From Eledone cirrhosa (taxonomy: Eukaryota): a DNA stretch of 64,000 nucleotides. The notes under the pieces were generated by a model. That model did not search any database and was not told where the DNA came from. It was given only the letters and a program-made list of their open reading frames with translations. Numbering within the stretch: the first letter of the stretch is position 1; the number at the start of each line of letters is the position of its first letter. Location of the stretch: assembly GCA_964016885.1 (NCBI GenBank), contig CAXHJY010001109.1, positions 1-64,000 on the forward strand, in the 5' to 3' direction. The position numbers were made by a program, and so were the translations under genes. Below are positions 37,741 through 52,300 of this stretch, in pieces.

Positions 37741-38157
37741 GAGGGTGAGAGAGTAATTGAGAAAAAAATCAACACCAGTATTTGACTGGTACTTTTTTTA
37801 TTGACCTAAATTTGACCTCAGTGGGATTTGAAATCAGAGTGCAGAAAACTGGCAGAAATACTGTAATAATTCTATACACAACATTCTAACAACTCTGTCA
37901 ATCTACCTTCACCCCACCCATTGGTTATCATGTGTATCACGTAACAAATGGAATGAGGCAGCCGGTCTTAAACTCCTTTGTTATATCCTGCAGGACAATA
38001 ATAAACAGGAGAGGGCTAAGAATAGAGCCTTGGTGGACACCTACCTATGTACTAAATTCTTCACTATAGTCATTGTTAATCCTAACTTTGCTGTCTGCTC
38101 ATCTATACAGCCTTCACAAGCCACTTATTTATTCCTAGTTTTCTTAGAATCCACCAC

Positions 38158-38502
38158 TATCATCATCATCATTTCATTTTACGTCCGCTTTTTCCCTGCT
38201 TGCAAGGGTGTGACGGGAACTGATTCTGGCTTGATTTCTACAGCTGGATGCCCTTCCTAACACCAACCTCATTTACAGTGAGTGCTGGCTGCTTTTTTGC
38301 CGTGGCACCTACACGTCCACTTTACAGTGGAATGATATGGACTCCAGTCCCTATCATCTCATTTCTACAGCTGAGTAAACTGGAGCAATGTGAAATAAAG
38401 TGTCTTGCTCAAGGAAACAACACATCACCTGGTCTGAGAATTGAACTCACAATCTTTCGATTGCAAGGCCAATGCTCTAACCACTAAGCCATGTGCCTCC
38501 AT
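38158..38502 (-). mobile_element. tRNA/CORE SINE with RTE tail
   Basis: Near-identical to 12628-12975. Confidence 0.85.
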
Positions 38503-39954
38503 TATATATGTGTGTATATATAAAAAAAAGATATGTGTGTATATATAAAAAAAAGATCTAAAGTCTGTCTTAAGCCAGAAGGCTCATTTGGTTGGTGCTT
38601 ATCCCGGTTTCATGGCATGAAGAGACTGGGAGTACAAGGTTTTCCCTTCTGGACAGGACGCCAGTCCATCACAGAGTTAAACCCCAGTTATTGCTGGTAC
38701 TCATTTTCAGCTGAGTATACTGAACCAACGTGAAATGGAGTGTTTTTGCTCAAGAACACAACACGCAACCCAGGAATCAAAGCCATGGCATTATGATCAT
38801 AAGTCCAACACCCTTACCACTAGGCCATGTGCCTCCACGTGTGTATATATATATGTGTATATGTGGATGCAGGCATAGCTGAGTGGTTAAGAAGTTTACT
38901 TCATACTTATATGCATTGTCTTTACTATAACCTAGTGTTGACATGTATATACTCTTGCATATAGCCTCTGTGTGGTTACCTGCCCAGCTAGAAATAGTGG
39001 AGGTTATTGTGACCATCTTAAGTATGCTATTTTTTCAATAACAAATGGTATGGTCACATCTGTAATTCCTTTAATGCCATTTCTCATTGACCAGATATGC
39101 CCTAAATCTTGAAAATAACTCAGTAAATTCATATTTTAAGTTTATAAGATAAGAAATTGGAATAGAAAAAATACCTCATAAAATATAATTTTCATATTTA
39201 ACAGTCATATTTGGCTTGTTGACAGGTTATAAAAAGAACAGCTGCTTATTTAAAACAATTGATATATAAACCGTTATTGTTTATGTATATATTGACGTAA
39301 AATGATGATGATGATGATGATGACTTGTGAATCCTGGTGGTGTTGTAAAAGTGCCATAGTGATATGGCACATCTTGAGGACTTTAAACATGGTGGTGCCA
39401 TTCCCTCTCTAGGACTGATTGATCACAACTGATTTCTTATTGCAGAGAGAGTGATAGAAAGAAAGTGAGAAAATGATATTAGAGGAAAAAAATCAACTCT
39501 CAGTACTAGACAGGTACTTTTATTATCAACCTTGAAAGGAAGAAATGGGGACTTTACACCTGGTGGTACCCATCTCCTCTCTAGAACTGACTGATCACAG
39601 CTGATTTCTTATAGCAAAGGAGAGTGAGAAAATGATGCTAGAGGAAAAATGTAACCCTACTCCCAGTATGAGACTGGTACTTTTATTATCGACCATGAAA
39701 GGATAAAATGTTAAGTTGACCTCAGAAGGATTTGAACTCAGAGCTGAAGGAATACCTCAAAGCTTCTATCATGTTCTAATGACTCAGCCAATTCACTACC
39801 CTCTTTTTCTTTATAATTTAGTCTATTTCATATGTAACTCATTATACATTTATATTTAATCTTTTTTTTTTTAGTTTCCCATATGTCTCTAGTCAACGGG
39901 ATTTTGAGTGTGGTCTATTCTGCCACTAGTGGTGAGGCTTCTTCTCTTGGGCTT

Positions 39955-40925
39955 CATTCACTGCCACTCCTTCACAGCCACTCCTTCAGTCACTCCTTCA
40001 CTACCACTCCTTCACAGCCACTCCTTCACTACCACTCCTTCACTACCACTCCTTCACAACCACTCATTCACTACCACTCCTTCACAGTCACTCCTTCACA
40101 GCCACTCCTTCACTACCACTCCTTCCAGCCACTCCTTCACAACCACTCCTTCACTACCCCTCCTTCACAGTCACTCCTTCACAGTCACTCCTTCACTACC
40201 ACTCCTTCACAGCCACTCCTTCACTACCACTCCTTCACTGCCACTCCTTCACAACCACTCCTTCACTACCCCTCCTTCACTACCACTCCTTCACAGCCAC
40301 TCCTTCACTACCACTCCTTCACAGCCACTCCTTCACAGTCACTCCTTCACTACCACTCCTTCACTACCACTCCTTCCAGCCACTCCTTCACAACCACTCC
40401 TTCACTACCCCTCCTTCACAGTCACTCCTTCACTACCACTCCTTCACAGTCACTCCTTCACTACCACTCCTTCACAGCCACTCCTTCACTACCACTCCTT
40501 CACTGCCACTCCTTCACAACCACTCCTTCACTACCCCTCCTTCACTACCACTCCTTCACAGCCACTCCTTCACTACCCCTCCTTCACAGCCACTCCTTCA
40601 CAGTCACTCCTTCACTACCACTCCTTCACAGTCACTCCTTCACAGTCACTCCTTCACAGCCACTCCTTCACTACCACTCCTTCACAGCCACTCCTTCACT
40701 ACCACTCCTTCACAGCCACTCCTTCACAGCCACTCCTTCACTACCCCTCCTTCACAGCCACTCCTTCACAGCCACTCCTTCACTACCACTCCTTCACTAC
40801 CACTCCTTCACAGCCACTCCTTCACAGCCACTCCTTCACTACCACTCCTTCACAGCCACTCCTTCACAGCCACTCCTTCACAGCCACTCCTTCACTACCA
40901 CTCCTTCACAACCACTCCTTCACTG
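39955..40925. repeat. 14-bp minisatellite CACTCCTTCAC(AGC/TAC/AGT/AAC), ~69 units
   Basis: Directly visible. Confidence 0.95.
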
Positions 40926-41054
40926 CTGTCCGACATTAATAATAATAATGGTAATGATAAGATGTATGTATATGTGTGCCATCATCATCGTTGTTTTAAT
41001 GTCCACTTTCTCTGCTAGCAAGGGTGCATGTATGTATATATATGTATATATTAT

Positions 41055-41692
41055 GTCAGGTCACCAGTTGGTGCTACTGGTAACATGTATCCCAGTACAA
41101 CCTGTCTCATGGTCGGGTCGTTGGCGACTAAACTGGCAACCCCACCAAGGTTTCTTGGTGAGGAGGGTGACTTTGGACATCCTGCAGGACTAAAAACAAA
41201 ACCTGTCAAAGGCCAAAGGAGCTCTTAAGAGTCAATGGCCATCCAAAATCACCGGGAGAGATGACCCCTTTAGCCTTAGTCAAGGCAGAATTCTAGGAGA
41301 AGGAAAACTCTGATATAACACCTGCAACCCTGATGGTATCCAATGATGTTGACTTGTTCTTCTTTTTGGTAAATAGCATCTTGGTTAAGAGAGTGGGACT
41401 GGCTTTGTGCAGTGCCTTTGCTCACTATAAAAGCTTCACGGCACAGGCATTGCTTTATATCTGGAGATCTCTCTGCACTTGTCCTCACATGGGCCCAGCA
41501 CTATGTGTCAATAATTGTCCTACCATGGGCCTAGCACTATGTGTCAATAATTGTCACAGGTGTAGTGTTTGTACCAGAGGTTTCAAGTCGCTGGCTGGAC
41601 TAAAAAGTCACACTCGTTCAGCGCTTCGGTAGGGGTTATCCTACATGGATGTAAAGTAGTGGCCGTACTCGAAAACGAGTTGGCAGCCACCA
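41055..41692 (+). mobile_element. Bipartite RTE-like element, full copy with a small internal duplication
   Basis: Colinear with 20026-20636. Confidence 0.8.
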
Positions 41693-42354
41693 TATATATA
41701 TATATATACATACATACATATATAATTGTTTCTACTTTGGGCACAAGGCCAGGAATTAATCCAGTGCATTACTGGTACTTTATTTTATCGGCCCTGTAAG
41801 GATGAAAGGCAAAGTTAAATTCGGCGAGATTTGAACTCAGACCATAAAGGGGCATAACTCTATGCTGCAAAGCATGGTGTCCGACTCTCTCTGATACTGC
41901 CAATCCAAATCGATCAGGTCCAGGTTTGTCTTTAACCTATTTGTATTTTCATTGTTGCAGTGGTTTTTGTGGCAACATGTCTCTGGTTGCAATTTTCAGT
42001 GTGACACACTACTCTATAGTTATTACTCTAAGCTATAATTTATCGATATCAGACCATTGAGTACTTCGTACCAGCTGCAAAAGATTGATTTTGAAAAATG
42101 CTAATCGTAGCTGCAACTTTAATTTTACTCACTATTATTATTATACATATATAAGGTGGTGGATTGGCAGTATCGGTAGAGGGTCAGACGTCATGCTTTC
42201 CAGCATAGTTACGTCCCTTTACGATCTGAGTTCAAATCCCGCCGAGGTTGACTTTGCCTTTCATCCTTACGGGGTCGATAAAATAAAGTACCAGTAATAC
42301 ACTGGGATAATTGCTGGCCTTGTGCCTTAAGTAGAAACAATTATTATACATATA

Positions 42355-42806
42355 TACTAGCAGAATGGCCCGGCGTTGCTCGGGATTCTAAACATAGATT
42401 GGCATGTTTATCCCTCCTGTCTGAAACAGTTTCGTCGCATGTTCACCAATTGATACAGAAGTCCTCATAAAAAGTGAAGTCACTTTGAGTGAATAGGCAA
42501 ATAATTTTCCATTAAGATTTTTCAAAAGCATTCTTACATGAAACAAAATAAATCCTTGCAACTTATAAATGTAATTTTCTGTAATTTTCTTTGGGAGATT
42601 GGATTGGATTTCCTAACAGTATTAAATCTTGTTTTTGAAGGTGTTTCAACAAGCTTTAACACATTTCAAAGATCCCAAATAAAAATTCCGACATTTTAAA
42701 TATATTTTACTTTCAGTATTGCTTTTGGTTTTGTTTTATTTTTTCACTGCATTTCTTTTTTTAATTTTTAATTTCTTATAGAATTATGGTCTCTGACTAC
42801 ACCACG

Positions 42807-42868
<62 letters not shown>

Positions 42869-42870
42869 TA
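42355..42870 (+). mobile_element. Possible non-autonomous Helitron/Helentron-like element
   Basis: tactagcag..cccggcgttgctcggg terminus with hairpin; (GT)n at 42808-42867; far end undefined. Confidence 0.35.
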
Positions 42871-43269
42871 AAGTAGAATGTGAGTTGGTTCTTGTCATGG
42901 GACCAGCAAAACCTCCAAGAGAAATTTTCCAAGTTGGAACAAGACTGCTTTCATGCAGCACATTTGTTGGACACTAACAACTATACCACCCTGAAGTAAA
43001 GTAATAATGGTTTCTGATTTAGGCACAAGGCCAACAATTTTGTGGGAAGAGGAAAGTCGATTAAATCGACGCTAGTGCGTTACCGGTACTTTATTTTATC
43101 GACCCCGTTAGGATGAAACAGGTGTAACTCTTTGCCACAAAACATGTCCGGCACTCTACCAATAATGATATTGAAAATAACAATAATGGGCGATGGTAAA
43201 AGGATTAAATCTGGTTAGATCAAATGCTACCCTTCATAACATGATGGTGTGGTATATGAAATAAGATAT

Positions 43270-44592
43270 GTTTCTTTATTAGCCACAGGGGCACAAAAGA
43301 AGGGGACAAATACAAAGGGGGAAGTTTACATACAATAAAAACGTGTAAAATATTATCACAAATGCAATTTAAAAATTAGTCGATTTTCCCCAATAGGGGG
43401 AGACATTACATATGGGTAACACATACCCCCGAAAAAATGTGTAACCCTCATCTCCAGGAGTACGAAGAGTTTGTAGTCCTTTCCTCTCCTCCTCTTTTTC
43501 CTCAACCTACAGGCTGACATAGAGAGAAGGCCCATTCACTCGGACCATTCTAGCCACTTTTACCCACCTTTCATAAAACTTGCTGGGGTACAGCACCTCT
43601 CTCTCCATCCTGATTCTTCTTCCAAAGTGGTATTTGAAAAAAAGAATCAGTTGTTGGCCGGAGAGAAAGGTGTCTGACCTCAGCCCTTTCAACCTTGTTC
43701 ACCATACAACCTCTTTCGCCATAGATATCACACAAAGGAAAACCGCTTCTCCTTCGTCTTTGAAGGAGGGTAGCAATTTGATCATGACAATGGACTCGGA
43801 GGTCAACCGACTTGGTCCCACCTGCGACAATAGTCGTTCTACATAGCCCCACAGGTCGGTAACGCCCGGACAGTGTATGAATGCGTGCGCGACGGTTTCT
43901 TCGTCTCGCACGCACCTCGGACAGATCTTTTTTGCAGGATCCCTGCCCGGGCGCCCATGTCTGTAGAGCTTGTCTCGAACTGGTAGAGCTCCTCGGTAGC
44001 ACTGCCAGGCCAGGGACCTTTGGAAGTTGTCCATCGGTTCCGGGCGGAAGGTCCTACCGAACAGTCTGGCCAGTTCGTCTTCCTCTACGCCTAGAGTTTC
44101 ACCGAGCGTGTCGTCGCAATTGCTGCGGATCAACCCTCTATAGAATGACGAAGTGGCGTCTCCACTGATCGCCGGGTCCGCCTGCCAGAGGGCTGTGAGC
44201 GCCTGAGCACATTCGATGTGCCAGTCGCCCATTTTCCTCGGTCTTTGCTTGACGCAGGACTGCAGCTCGGTCAGCGAGACGAGTCGTGGGAAGGCTCACC
44301 TCACGAACGGGGCCCACACCGGTTGTCCGGTGAGGAATACGTAGAGATACCGCAGCCTGAGTGCGTATTTGCGCATCGTCAGCCACGGCAACCCCAGCCC
44401 TCCGTTGGAAGGGTGTTGGCAGCAGATGGATCTTCTCACCAAAGGAGCCCACCTCCTCCAAAGGAATTGGAAGAGCGCGCGCTCAATTTTGGTGAGCGTT
44501 TTGGCTGGACAAGGCACGACGGTCAAGCGGTAGTAGATGGCGGACGCTATAAAAGTGTTCGCCACCTCCGCTCGACCTTTCAAGGATAGTTT
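43270..44592 (-). mobile_element. 5'-truncated Tx1/L1-clade copy
   Basis: Reverse-complement paralog of ~51877-53198, with stop codons. Confidence 0.92.
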
Positions 44593-44899
44593 GCGAAATA
44601 AGATAGTCAGTGAACAACATAGCAGAAAATGGAGATGGGAACTTAACTCTTTCATTACCATATTTCTAAATACAATACATGGCTATATTCGTGTATCAAG
44701 AGTTATGTGTTAAAGGTCTACAATATAGTACATGTTAGTATGTATGTATGGTCCAGAGAGAGTCGTAGGGGCATCATGCTAACATACAGCATTCTTGGGC
44801 ATTCTAAGCCTGGGAGAACCCATCCCTCTCCAGGCCTGAGTACAGCAGATTTCTTCCATAGAAAGATAGAAAGTGAGAGGGAGGAAAATGAGAAAGAGA

Positions 44900-46925
44900 T
44901 ATAGAGGAAGAATCGACCTCAGTACTTGACTGGTACTTTCTTTATCGACCTCGAAAGGATGAAAGGCAAAGTTGATCTCAGCGGGATTTGAACTCAGAGA
45001 GCAGAGAGCTGGAATTAATACTATGAAGCATTCTATCCAACGTTCTAACAACTCTGCCATTCTATCCAACGTTCTAACAACTCTGCCATTCTAGCCAACG
45101 TTCTAACAACTCTGCCATTCTATCCAACGTTCTAACAACTCTGCCATTCTATCCAACGTTCTAACAACTCTGCCATTCTATCCAACGTTCTAACAACTCT
45201 GCCATTCTATCCAACGTTCTAACAACTCTGCCATTCTATCCAACGTTCTAACAACTCTGCCATTCTATCCAACGTTCTAACAACTCTGCCATTCTAGCCA
45301 ACGTTCTAACAACTCTGCCATTCTATCCAACGTTCTAACAACTCTGCCATTCTATCCAACGTTCTAACAACTCTGCCATTCTATCCAACGTTCTAACAAC
45401 TCTGCCATTCTAGCCAACGTTCTAACAACTCTGCCATTCTATCCAACGTTCTAACAACTCTGCCATTCTATCCAACGTTCTAACAACTCTGCCATTCTAT
45501 CCAACGTTCTAACAACTCTGCCATTCTAGCCAACGTTCTAACAACTCTGCCATTCTATCCAACGTTCTAACAACTCTGCCATTCTATCCAACGTTCTAAC
45601 AACTCTGCCATTCTAGCCAACGTTCTAACAACTCTGCCATTCTATCCAACGTTCTAACAACTCTGCCATTCTATCCAACGTTCTAACAACTCTGCCATTC
45701 TATCCAACGTTCTAACAACTCTGCCATTCTATCCAACGTTCTAACAACTCTGCCATTCTATCCAACGTTCTAACAACTCTGCCATTCTAGCCAACGTTCT
45801 AACAACTCTGCCATTCTATCCAACGTTCTAACAACTCTGCCATTCTATCCAACGTTCTAACAACTCTGCCATTCTATCCAACGTTCTAACAACTCTGCCA
45901 TTCTAGCCAACGTTCTAACAACTCTGCCATTCTATCCAACGTTCTAACAACTCTGCCATTCTATCCAACGTTCTAACAACTCTGCCATTCTAGCCAACGT
46001 TCTAACAACTCTGCCATTCTATCCAACGTTCTAACAACTCTGCCATTCTATCCAACGTTCTAACAACTCTGCCATTCTAGCCAACGTTCTAACAACTCTG
46101 CCATTCTATCCAACGTTCTAACAACTCTGCCATTCTATCCAACGTTCTAACAACTCTGCCATTCTAGCCAACGTTCTAACAACTCTGCCATTCTAGCCAA
46201 CGTTCTAACAACTCTGCCATTCTATCCAACGTTCTAACAACTCTGCCATTCTAGCCAACGTTCTAACAACTCTGCCATTCTATCCAACGTTCTAACAACT
46301 CTGCCATTCTATCCAACGTTCTAACAACTCTGCCATTCTATCCAACGTTCTAACAACTCTGCCATTCTAGCCAACGTTCTAACAACTCTGCCATTCTATC
46401 CAACGTTCTAACAACTCTGCCATTCTATCCAACGTTCTAACAACTCTGCCATTCTAGCCAACGTTCTAACAACTCTGCCATTCTATCCAACGTTCTAACA
46501 ACTCTGCCATTCTATCCAACGTTCTAACAACTCTGCCATTCTAGCCAACGTTCTAACAACTCTGCCATTCTATCCAACGTTCTAACAACTCTGCCATTCT
46601 ATCCAACGTTCTAACAACTCTGCCATTCTAGCCAACGTTCTAACAACTCTGCCATTCTATCCAACGCTCTAACAACTCTGCCATTCTATCCAACGTTCTA
46701 ACAACTCTGCCATTCTAGCCAACGTTCTAACAACTCTGCCATTCTATCCAACGTTCTAACAACTCTGCCATTCTATCCAACGTTCTAACAACTCTGCCAT
46801 TCTATCCAACGTTCTAACAACTCTGCCATTCTATCCAACGTTCTAACAACTCTGCCATTCTATCCAACGTTCTAACAACTCTGCCATTCTATCCAACGTT
46901 CTAACAACTCTGCCAATTCGCTGCC
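44900..46925 (-). mobile_element. Family-1 tRNA SINE with an internally expanded head
   Basis: Minus strand: ggcagcgaattggcagagttg..[array]..gagttcaaatcccgc..actttgcctttcatcc. Confidence 0.8.
45030..46915. repeat. 29-bp minisatellite CTA(T/G)CCAACGTTCTAACAACTCTGCCATT, ~65 units
   Basis: Period 29 (45062 to 45091); no spacers. Confidence 0.97.
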
Positions 46926-47144
46926 TAGAGTACATGTTAGTGACACTTCTAAATACAATACATGGCTATATTTGTGTGTCAGTTATGTGTAAAGACTACA
47001 ATATAGTACATGACTATCATGTGTTTCTATGTGTGGGATGCCCCGATTAAAGTGTCTATATATGTATATATATATAGACATATATGTATATATATATATA
47101 TGTCTATATATGTATATATATGTATATATGTATATATATATGTC

Positions 47145-49347
47145 TATAAGAACAACATACACAAAAGTCAACGCACTCTACAGACAAAAACGCATCAACG
47201 GTAAGGAAATCCGAAATCTCATCACAGCAAACGAGAGAGACGACTTCATGAGCGTCATCCGACGCGAAACGAAATATGCTCAAAACGAATGCTGTAGGCA
47301 TTTCAAGAAGAAATTAGAATGGATGAATAAGAAAAAACTACAAGAAAGGAAAATCGAATATTCTCAAAAATACCCAGATAACATCGACAATATCCGTATG
47401 AGTGATGTAAAACTACCGGAAGAATTTACCAATGACCACACAGTAAATATCTATGGGAACACTTTAATCAGCGAACAAGAACAACAAATCCTAAGGTTAC
47501 CACCAAAATTTGCCATCTACAAAAAGATTAACCCTATGGAATGCAAAACGGAGCTGGAAAAGTGTTTCACAAAAATACGTTGGAATGCAAAGGTAAACAA
47601 CAACAACAATAATAACGGTAGTAATAATATAAACAATAACTCTGGGTATAGAAATAACAGCCATAACCATAACAATGGCAGGAAAGTGAGAAATAGTGAA
47701 ATGGCAATAATACTAGCGATAGACGGAACAACAACAACCACAATAATAATAATAATAATAGAAACGTTAACCACAGACACAGCAACAGTGACCACAGTAG
47801 TAATAACGGTAACAATACGAACAACAACAACAATAACCACAGTGGTAATAATGAAAATAGTACATGTAGCAACATCAACAAAAACAAGAAACATAATAAT
47901 AGTAACAACCACAATGGTAGAAATAGCAGTAACAACAACAACAATAACGGTGAAGTAAACAACAATACATCTAGCAATCATAACAATAATAATAATAATG
48001 CTAATGATAGAAACAACAACAACCACCATGATAACAATAATAGCAACACACACAACTATGACGATAGAAATAACGACAACCCCTTAGAGAAACTATTTTT
48101 CAACCCAGCTGACAAAACATATAAGATGGGTAATATCTATCCTACGAGGTTACCCTTTAATAAAAGAGTTTGCATACCACAGCAAATAGATGACGAGACG
48201 GAGGCACAGTTCACCATAGCTAGAAATAAGATTAGACAAGTAGTAGACAGGTACACTATGAGACAGAGCAGACCAGAGGCCCAACAACTTGGGAGAAAAC
48301 CTGTAGAAGGCTTGGTTAGCCTCAAGCAGCGCACAAGGGATGGTGAGGTAGTGTGTCTACCCACAGATAAGTCTGGTAGGATGTCAATAGATAGCATGCC
48401 GAACTACATCGAGGCAATGCAACCCCACATCACCAACACGAGCGAAGTTGCACAAATAACACACGATGGGAGAGAAAAAATCCTCAACGCTCACATGATG
48501 ATGTGGACTGACATCCTAAAGCCAAGCAGACGCACTGCCAACAACTTCCAGGCGTCTAATAATGGCATACCACCCTTGTATGGGCTCCGCAAAGACCACA
48601 AGACAGTCGACGACTCGACAACAGGACCACCAACAAGACCCGTATGCGGAGCTAATATAGCTAGCAACTACAGGATCTCCTACTTCCTCTCAATGGTTAT
48701 ACGCCCCATAATCAAGATGTCCCCAGATGTATGTGAAAGTACAGAGGACCTCCTCAGCAGAATCAGTGAGTGCAACAAAAACAGGAGCCTATCCAACTGC
48801 ATAATAGGCAGCATGGATGTAGTGTCACTGTACCCATCCATTAACATTGATTTTGCTGTGAAAAGATGTGTGGAGATAATCATTGAGAGTGAGGTGGAGT
48901 TCTGCGACGTCGACACAGACGAACTGGGCCTCCTACTTAGACTTACCTACGACACTGACTACCTAGACAGCCATGACCTTAGATGTTTCTGCCCTAGTAG
49001 ACCTATAAGAGGTAGACCCCCCCCCCACCATAACCTCAATGGCTAAAAAGACTCCCATAGGAAGGTGGATTGGGTGGACCAAAGCCATACGGACCCCCCA
49101 AAACACTGATCAGGTAAGAAAAATGGTCGCACATGCAATAGGGGCTAGTATCAAAACTACCCTAAAGGACCACATATTTAAGTTCAATGAGAATCTACAC
49201 CCAAAATGAGGGAGCAGCCATCGGCGTCAGCATAGCTGGTGATGTTGCCAACCTTTTCATGGTATGGTGGGAAAGGAGACTTAAAGATCTCCTTAATGAA
49301 AGCTCCATAGACCTCATCATGTACTCTCGTTATGTAGATGATATCTA
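47145..49347 (+). mobile_element. Penelope-like element 5' part and RT, frameshifted, ending just after YVDD
   Basis: ILRLPPKFA, Asn-rich tract, PTDKSG, PPLYGLRKDHK, PTRPV, SMDVVSLYPSI, QNEGAAIG, YSRYVDDI. Confidence 0.88.
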
Positions 49348-52300
49348 TCAGACACCCCCATCCCACCAGACCCCACCCCACCAAACATCTGCGTCCCCAC
49401 CCCGCCGGAAACCACCACCCATCCAGACAACCCCTCCAACACCCCCATGGAAATCGTGCGGCCTGGTCCCCAGGAGGCGAAGAGTGAGTGATCTCTTTTC
49501 CTCTTTTAACTTTTCAGCACCAACATGGCCAATATAAGAGTTGGATGTGTGAACGTACGCGGCCTGGGGATGCCCTGGAAACAGGGCAAACTCTTAAACG
49601 ACCTCAGGTCGCACAGTTTGGATGTGGTAGCCATTTGCGAGTCCAGGATCCACGGCGAGCGACAGCTGGCCCCCATCTTCGATGACTTTGAGATCTACGC
49701 ATCTCTCTGTCAACCGGGGGGTGGGGGCGGAGTTGCCGTTTTGCTGCGGAAACACCTGGGCCTCGTAACACAGACGGTACATCTGGACCCGGAGGGTCGA
49801 CTGGTGGTCCTAGACGTTGACGGTAGTGAAGGTGGAGCGTTCAGGCTGGTGGCCGCATATGCCCCATCCGGGACACCGCGGCCAGACTTCTTCAAACGTC
49901 TAGAGACTTTTCTGGGAACGTCCCGCTCCTTGCTTTTAGTGGGGGACTGGAATGGAATCCTAGATGCACGTTGGGACTATGTGGGAGCATGTCCCGATAA
50001 AGGGGGGTGTAACAGCCTCAAACAGTTAATCGACCGATTTGACCTGGCCGATAGATATCGACTAGATTTTCCGACTGCGCCACTGTGGACGTGGAGTAAT
50101 CGTAGCGGAACATCTAGATCGTACCTAGATAGGGTTCTAGTTAGAAATAAGGATAGGGACATGTTAAGCTGTCCACAAATGTTCATGGTTGCCTATTCAG
50201 ATCACAAACTAGTGACCTGCATGGCCAACCTTGATAGAACCCATAGACAAGGACCCGGCTACTGGAAGCTGAACTTGTCGTTACCGACAAGCAAAGCCTA
50301 CAGTAGACGGATTAGCACTTTAGTTAAACAGCACTTGACAGGGGCCATTGTCAACAACAGATGGTGGTACTCTCTCAAGAGGGCAGTTAGATTAGACTCG
50401 ATAGTTTTTAGTAAAGAATTAGCGTTAGATAGAAATAGAACCGAGAAGGAACTGGTAGATAAAGTAGAAGAGGCTATTAGAAGTGGCAACGTAGCCAGCG
50501 TGCTAGCAACGAGAACGGCTTTGGACCAGTTCTTCGACGCAAAGCACGAGGGCTGCGTTGTCAGAAGCAAAATACGTGCTCTGGGAAACGAGGGAGCCAA
50601 AGCTGTTAGCTGGGCCCGAGTGACGGAGGCAAAAAGTGGCAACAAGTCCACGATTCGGTCTTTGAAGGACCAAAACGGACGCGTGATACGTGAGCCGAAG
50701 CAGATGTGTGCGGCTTTTCAGCGGCACTTTGCTCGGCTGTTCGGGGGGAGTGGCGCGCCGGGAGAGGCTATGGATTTCGGTCCATACCTCGACGGCCTAC
50801 CGCGACTCTCGGACAGCGAGGCGAAGTTCTGCGAAAAGCCGATTTCAGCCACTGAGATAGGGGACGCGCTGAGCCAATGCGGCAAACGCAAATCTCCAGG
50901 TCTCGACGGTCTACCCTACGAATTTTACGTAGCAATGCCGGACTTATTCTCCGGTCTCCTGGAAGCGGTCTACTGCAACTGGCAACAGAACGGGAGAATT
51001 CCCAGTTCTGTAGCCGGGGGCGTGGTCACACTAATCAGGAAGGACGAGAATAAGGGGGATGACATAGGCAACTTCCGGCCCATAACTCTGCTAAACACAG
51101 AGTTACAGATTTTGGCCAAGGTGTTGGCAAAGAGGCTGGCGCTTGTCGTCGAGAACCTGGTGGGAGAAGCGCAGACATGCGCGATCCCGACCAGGTCCAT
51201 ACTCGACAACCTCCACCTCATGCGATACATCATAGAGAGGGTAGGGTGTAAACCCGGCTTCGGTGGGGCCCTGATCAACTTGGATCAGTCTAAGGCTTTC
51301 GATAGGGTTGACCATCGTTACCTGGATGCGGTGCTCGAGGCGGCAGGCTTCGGACCCGTGTTCAGGAGCTGGATTGCTGCAATGCACAACAGCAACATCT
51401 GCTCAAGGGTCAAGGTGAACGGTTACCTCTCGGAGCCGTTCCATATTACGCGATCCATTCGACAGGGATGCCCTCTCTCCTCCCTTCTGTACGTACTGAC
51501 TCTCGAGCCACTACTGCGGAAGCTGGAGCTATTGCAGGGCATCCCTCTGGAACCGGGACTGCGGAAAGCGGCGTCGGCCTACGCCGACGACGTGACAGTA
51601 ATGGTGTCGAGCGCCTCGCAAATCGAGGAAGTCGGCACCTTACTAAAGGAATACGAAAGTCTCACAGGAGCGAAGCTGAACCGGGACAAGTCCATCGGTT
51701 TGCAACTCGGATCGTGGAGAGGCAGACCGATGCCTTCCGATGGCGTCGTCGGACGCTGGACGGAAGGACCGGTAAAGCTGCTCGGGGTCTGGTTTGGTCC
51801 GGACCTCCAGGTGGAGAAGAACTGGAACGAAGTGACGGCCAAGGTGTTTGCACTCACCCAGAAGTGGGCCGAGTGCAAACTATCCTTGAAAGGTCGAGCG
51901 GAGGTGGCGAACACTTTTATAGCGTCCGCCATCTACTACCGCTTGACCGTCGTGCCTTGTCCAGCCAAAACGCTCGCCAAAATGGAGCGCGCCCTCTTCC
52001 GATTCCTTTGGAAGAGGCGGGCTCCTTTGGTAAGAAGATCCATCTGCTGCCAACACCCTTCTAACGGAGGGCTGGGGATGCCGTGGTTGACGATGCGCAA
52101 ACACGCGCTCAGGCTGCGGCATCTCTACGTATTCCTCACCGGACAACCGGTGTGGGCCCCGTTCGTGAGGCGAGCCTTCCCACGACTCGTCTCGCTGACC
52201 GAGCTGCAGTCCTGGGTCAAGCAGAGACCGAGGAAAATGGGCGACTGGCACATCGAATGTGCTCAGGCGCTCACAGCCCTCTGGCAGGCGGACCCGGCGA

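Noticed and set aside
39883-41193. 436-aa mucin-like protein
   Set aside because: Open only because the 14-bp repeat lacks stops; it runs on into a transposon fragment.
45030-46915. CRISPR array
   Set aside because: Contiguous 29-bp units with no unique spacers, eukaryotic context and no cas genes.
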